A stretch of 11,410 nt of DNA, taken from positions 1 through 11,410 of the forward strand of contig CAUVXV020000010.1 of the NCBI GenBank assembly GCA_963555985.3, given 5' to 3'. Numbering within the stretch: position 1 is the first letter of the stretch; the number at the start of each line of letters is the position of its first letter. The notes below the pieces were generated by a model that did not search any database, had not been told where the DNA came from, and saw only the letters and a program-made list of their open reading frames with translations. Below, one piece after another: positions 7,877-11,410 of this stretch. This stretch comes from Dehalococcoidia bacterium. Lineage in GTDB: Bacteria; Chloroflexota; Dehalococcoidia; Bin125. The position numbers and the translations under genes are program-made.

Positions 7877-9775
7877 ATGACAGAACGCAACTATTGGCAG
7901 CGAATGCGACGGTCTCGCATGAGCCGGCGCGGACTCTTGCGAGCCTCGGCTCGTGCGGGGGTCGGCGCGGCCGGCTTGGCGCTGGTCGGCTGCGGCGACG
8001 ATGACGACGATGCCGTCGCGCAGGTCCAGCAGCAGCAACAGCAGCAGGCTCAGCCCGCGGCTCAGGCGCAGCAGCAAGATCAGCAGCAGCAGGCCGCGCC
8101 CGCCCAGCAGCAGCAACAGGCCCAGCAACAGCAAGCCGAAGCGCAGGCGCAGCAGGCCGAACAGCAGGAGCAGCAGGCGGCGGCTCAGCAGCAACAGGAT
8201 CAGCAACAAGCGGTCGCCGCGGCTGATTCGGCGCGCGAAGGCGACACCGACTGGGAGCGTACCGTTACGGTCGCCGTGCCCAACGCGGTCGGCGGCCTCG
8301 ATGTGCAGGCGCCGGGCAACTACACGCTCAAGTGGAACGGTCCGCTGCACTTTGACCGGCTGCTGCAATACGACCTGGTCACGCGCGAGATTGTGCCTCA
8401 CGTGGGTAGCTTCGAGTGGGTCGATGACTTCACCGCGTTGATTTGGCACATCAATCCTGGACACGCCTGGCACGATGGCACGCCGCTGACGGCTGATGAC
8501 ATCAAGTTCTCGATCGACCGCGCCGCCGGCAACGCCGCCTACAACGAGAGCGGGACGTACGAGACCGGGATCGCGTACATCGTCTCGGCAGTCAACGGGG
8601 ACTCGGAAGTGATTGACGATTTGACCTTGCGCCTCCCCGTGAACACGGATGTGACTGCGCCGGGCAGCGTTGGCACTACGTTGCCGCTTGTGCCGAAGCA
8701 CTTGATCGAAGAGATCGGCGACGAAGGCTACAACCGAGACGGTTTGGCCAGTGGGCCGTTCGAGCTGGTGAACTTCGAGCCCGACATTGAGGTGCGCAGC
8801 GCACGCAACGACAACTACCCGATTGGGTACGAGAACCTGAACCGCATCCACCGCCCCTGGGTCAAGGAGATCGTGCAGTCGGTGCGGCCTGAGCCGGTCG
8901 CGCGTTTGGCCGCGATCCAGGCGGGCGAAGCCGACGTCACACCGTCGCTTGAGTGGGAGTTGGTGCAGGAGTTCGTCGATGAGCCCGGCTACGAGGTGCT
9001 CTTCGACCCGGGCTGCTGCCCGCACACGATCTTCCCGAACACGCTGGTGCCGATGTTCGAGGACGGCTCCAACGCTTACCGCGACATTCGTGTGCGGCAG
9101 GCGATGAACCACGCCGTCGACGTGGAGACGATCTACACCACCTTGGCAACCGGCCGCGAGCAGCGCGCCTACGGGATCGGCACCCGCCAGCTCGGCGGGA
9201 TGCAGCCGGAGCAGTCCGGTCCGCTGACGATGGAGTACGACCCCGAAAAGTCGGTCCAGCTCTTGGACGCCGCCGGCTACCCAGAAGGGTTCGAGTCGGA
9301 CTTCTACGGCACCGCCGGCTTCTTCGCCTGGACCGACCAGATCGCGCTCTCGGTGCAGCAGTACCTGGATGTGGTTGGGATCCGGACGAACCTGCAACTG
9401 GATCCGCTGCCCGACTTCCGCGCGCGAATGGCGCAGCGAGACGTGCCCGGCTTGCATTACTACTTCACCAACCAGTCGCCTGACCCGTTCCAGGTGATCA
9501 ACGCCGAGGTGGCCGAAGGCGGCACGCTCTCGGTGGCGGAGTACCCCGGCTCGGGCATTCAGGAGTTGGTCGAGGCGCAGCGCTCGGAGTTCGACCCGGA
9601 GAAGCGGAAGCAGTATCTCAACGAGCTCGCCCAGCTGATCTACACCAACGCCTCCTGGCTGTTCCTCTTCGAGACCGTCGGTACCGGACTGATGCGCGAC
9701 GACCTCGAGTGGGACATGAAGGGCAACTCACGCGACTACGGCGGCCTCTGGGGTATCCGGCCACTCGTCACCTAG
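7877..9775 (+). CDS. ABC transporter substrate-binding protein, family 5 (DppA/OppA/NikA-like), Tat-exported lipoprotein, 632 aa
   Basis: Strong RBS. Tat motif SRRGLL (aa 16-21), lipobox LVG-C (Cys39), DDDDD, Gln-rich tether. Family-5 motifs WHDGTPLTADDIKFSIDR, SGPFELVNF, ARLAAIQAGEADV, DIRVRQAMNHAVD, YDPEKSVQLLDAAGYPEGF. Directly upstream of two Dpp-type permeases. Confidence 0.93.
   Translation: MTERNYWQRMRRSRMSRRGLLRASARAGVGAAGLALVGCGDDDDDAVAQVQQQQQQQAQPAAQAQQQDQQQQAAPAQQQQQAQQQQAEAQAQQAEQQEQQAAAQQQQDQQQAVAAADSAREGDTDWERTVTVAVPNAVGGLDVQAPGNYTLKWNGPLHFDRLLQYDLVTREIVPHVGSFEWVDDFTALIWHINPGHAWHDGTPLTADDIKFSIDRAAGNAAYNESGTYETGIAYIVSAVNGDSEVIDDLTLRLPVNTDVTAPGSVGTTLPLVPKHLIEEIGDEGYNRDGLASGPFELVNFEPDIEVRSARNDNYPIGYENLNRIHRPWVKEIVQSVRPEPVARLAAIQAGEADVTPSLEWELVQEFVDEPGYEVLFDPGCCPHTIFPNTLVPMFEDGSNAYRDIRVRQAMNHAVDVETIYTTLATGREQRAYGIGTRQLGGMQPEQSGPLTMEYDPEKSVQLLDAAGYPEGFESDFYGTAGFFAWTDQIALSVQQYLDVVGIRTNLQLDPLPDFRARMAQRDVPGLHYYFTNQSPDPFQVINAEVAEGGTLSVAEYPGSGIQELVEAQRSEFDPEKRKQYLNELAQLIYTNASWLFLFETVGTGLMRDDLEWDMKGNSRDYGGLWGIRPLVT
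8021..8209 (+). repeat. CAG/CAA-rich low-complexity tract encoding a 63-aa Gln/Ala linker
   Basis: 40 of 63 codons are Gln, in runs of up to 7, interrupted by Ala, Pro, Asp, Glu and one Val. Confidence 0.95.
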
Positions 9776-9805
9776 CGTCGACCACTCCCTGCAGGAAGGC
9801 CGGAC

Positions 9806-10744
9806 ATGGGTCCGCAGAGTATCTCCGCGATCCTGATTTCGCGCCTCCTGCAGGGGATTCTGGTCGTGTTCCTGGTCGTTTCGATCGTCTTCCTGGTTTC
9901 GCGCCTGGCGCGCAACCCGGTCGAGTACCTGACCACGGATGAGACCACGGTTGAAGAGAAGGAGCTGCTGAAAGAGCAGCTTGGGCTGAGCGGCCCGATC
10001 GGCATCCAGTACGTCAACTTTCTCTATGACGCGGTCCAGGGTGATCTTGGCAATTCGTTCATCAGCGCGCGTCCGGCGTTGAGTGAGGTCAGCAGCCGCG
10101 CGGTGAAGACACTGCAGCTCGGCGTCGCCGCGCTGATCTTCTCGATGGTCCTGGGGATTCCACTGGGGATTATTGCGGCGCTGAGACGAGCGACGCCGAC
10201 GGACTGGCTGGCACGGCTGCTGGCCGTGCTCGGGCAGGCGACGCCCAACTTCTGGTTGGGCTTGATGCTGATCTTCTTCTTCTCGGTCCAGCTGGACTGG
10301 ATGCCGACCGGCGGCAGCGGCGGGATCGAACACATCGTCTTGCCGACGATCACCCTGGGCTTGCTGTCCTCGGCGATCTCGATGCGATTGACCCGTTCCG
10401 GCATGATTGACGTGATGAACACCGATTTTGTCCGCACCGCGCGGGCGAAGGGCTTGCGCGAATCGACGATCATCTGGCGTCACGCCTTGCGGCACGCCTT
10501 GCTGCCCGTGGCGACCATCCTCGGGATCCAGGTGGGATACCTGATCGCGGGCACGATCATTGTTGAGCAGGTCTTCGCCTGGCCCGGGATCGGGCGGCTG
10601 ATGCTGCACACGATCACGGTCGGCGACTTCCCGGTCCTGATCGCCGCGATCCTCGTGATCTCGACCAGCATCGTGGCGGCCAACATCCTGGTCGACCTGT
10701 CCTATCCGATCATCGATCCGCGCATCCGGGCGGGAGCGCGGTAA
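9806..10744 (+). CDS. ABC transporter permease, DppB/OppB family, 312 aa
   Basis: N-terminal TM helix, QYVNFLYDAVQGDLGNS, GIPLGIIAA, PNFWLGLMLI, HIVLPTITL, EAA-loop DFVRTARAKGL, RHALRHALLP, IIVEQVFAWPGIG, C-terminal VDLSYPIIDPRIR. Confidence 0.95.
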   Translation: MGPQSISAILISRLLQGILVVFLVVSIVFLVSRLARNPVEYLTTDETTVEEKELLKEQLGLSGPIGIQYVNFLYDAVQGDLGNSFISARPALSEVSSRAVKTLQLGVAALIFSMVLGIPLGIIAALRRATPTDWLARLLAVLGQATPNFWLGLMLIFFFSVQLDWMPTGGSGGIEHIVLPTITLGLLSSAISMRLTRSGMIDVMNTDFVRTARAKGLRESTIIWRHALRHALLPVATILGIQVGYLIAGTIIVEQVFAWPGIGRLMLHTITVGDFPVLIAAILVISTSIVAANILVDLSYPIIDPRIRAGAR

Positions 10745-11410
10745 TGTCGACGCAGGCGGCAGCGCCCGCCAGCGGGATCATTCGCCGCCGTTTCCGTCTC
10801 GGCGTGTCGTGGCAGCGCGCGGCCTTACTCGCCCCGGCCCTGATCATTCTGGGCGTATTTCTGATTGCCGGGATCTTCGCCGACCTGTTGTCGGCGTACG
10901 ATCCGGAAAAGATCGACCTGATCAGCCGCCTGACTCCGCCAGCGCTCCAGGAGGGCGGCAGTTGGGCGCACCCTCTGGGTACTGACAACCTGGGCCGCGA
11001 CATCCTCTCGCGGGTGATGCACGGCGCGCGGGTGTCGCTGCTGGTCGTGGTGACCTGTATCCCCGGCATCGGCCTTGATTGGGACGCTGATCGGTCTGCT
11101 GGCGGGCTGGCGCGTGGGCTGGTGGGACCGGCTGCTGATGCGGCTCGTGGATGTGCAGTTGGCGCTGCCAGCGCTGCTGTTCGCGCTGCTGATTTCGGTG
11201 GTCTTCGGTCGCAGCCTGCTCAACGTGATCGTGATCATCATCATCTTCAGTTGGTCCGGCTACGCGCGGCTGGTGCGGGCCGATGTGCTCTCGCTGCGCG
11301 AGCAGGAGTTTGTCGTTGCCGCGCGAGCCAGCGGGGCCAGCGACAGACGCATCCTCTTCCGGCACGTCTTGCCGAACATCGTCAACACGATCGTGATCAT
11401 GGCGACGCTG
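10744..11410 (+). CDS. ABC transporter permease, DppC/OppC family; partial (runs off the right edge), one +1 frameshift at ~11061-11066
   Basis: ATG 10744 overlaps the upstream TAA (TAATG). Frame 1: ...AYDPEKIDLISRLTPP...HPLGTDNLGRDILSRVMHGARVSL. Frame 2 after the shift: IGTLIGLLAGWRVGWWDRLLMRLVDVQLALP...WSGYARLVRADVLSLREQEFVVAARASGASDRRILFRHVLPN. Not in the supplied ORF track. Confidence 0.92.
   Translation, partial: MSTQAAAPASGIIRRRFRLGVSWQRAALLAPALIILGVFLIAGIFADLLSAYDPEKIDLISRLTPPALQEGGSWAHPLGTDNLGRDILSRVMHGARVSLLVVVTCIPGIGLDWDADRSAGGLARGLVGPAADAARGCAVGAASAAVRAADFGGLRSQPAQRDRDHHHLQLVRLRAAGAGRCALAARAGVCRCRASQRGQRQTHPLPARLAEHRQHDRDHGDA

Noticed and set aside
8021-8209. CAG-rich tract as a CRISPR array or non-coding tandem repeat
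   Set aside because: It has no repeat-spacer structure and is in-frame coding sequence between the lipobox and the binding domain.
7706-9457. 583-aa minus-strand ORF, plus other long antisense ORFs (159..797, 1967..2578, 3202..3876, 4362..5471, 5123..5833, 6127..6879, 9728..10609)
   Set aside because: They lie opposite well-supported genes, have no recognisable motifs, and are expected shadows of GC-rich codon usage. The poly-Leu stretch is simply the reverse complement of the CAG tract.
9776-9805. CCTGCAGG palindrome between the SBP and permease genes as a terminator or stabilising hairpin
   Set aside because: Too short to form a stable stem-loop, no U-tract, and the same 8-mer recurs inside the permease coding sequence.
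193-11410. Single pathway linking the D-aminoacylase-like enzyme with the Dpp-type importer
   Set aside because: They are about 5.9 kb apart, separated by unrelated genes, and the importer has its own promoter. Nothing in the sequence identifies a shared substrate.

Overview
GC-rich bacterial chromosomal segment with seven genes on the + strand and the probable first codons of a divergent gene at the left edge. In order: (1) an N-acyl-D-amino-acid deacylase-family amidohydrolase; (2-3) a translationally coupled Mre11/SbcD-like metallophosphoesterase and Rad50/SbcC-like coiled-coil ATPase of the non-canonical YhaO/YhaN (SbcEF; Rv1277/Rv1278-like) type, with no zinc hook and several altered catalytic motifs; (4) a predicted lipoprotein with a Cys-capped leucine-rich-repeat module, a beta-rich domain and three divergent copies of a four-cysteine repeat I do not recognise; (5-7) a Dpp/Opp-type ABC importer (Tat-lipoprotein solute-binding protein with a 63-aa Gln-rich tether, plus two permeases, the second truncated by the window end). 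Four genes carry five +1 frameshifts, each explicable by one extra base in a 2-4 nt homopolymer. This most likely reflects sequencing or assembly error, and it explains the fragmented ORF track. Signal-peptide style and LRR architecture suggest a Chloroflexota (Dehalococcoidia/SAR202-like), possibly sponge-associated, genome; this is inference only. No RNA genes, CRISPR arrays or mobile elements were seen. The best novelty candidates are the triple Cys repeat in the lipoprotein and the hook-less Mre11/Rad50-like pair.
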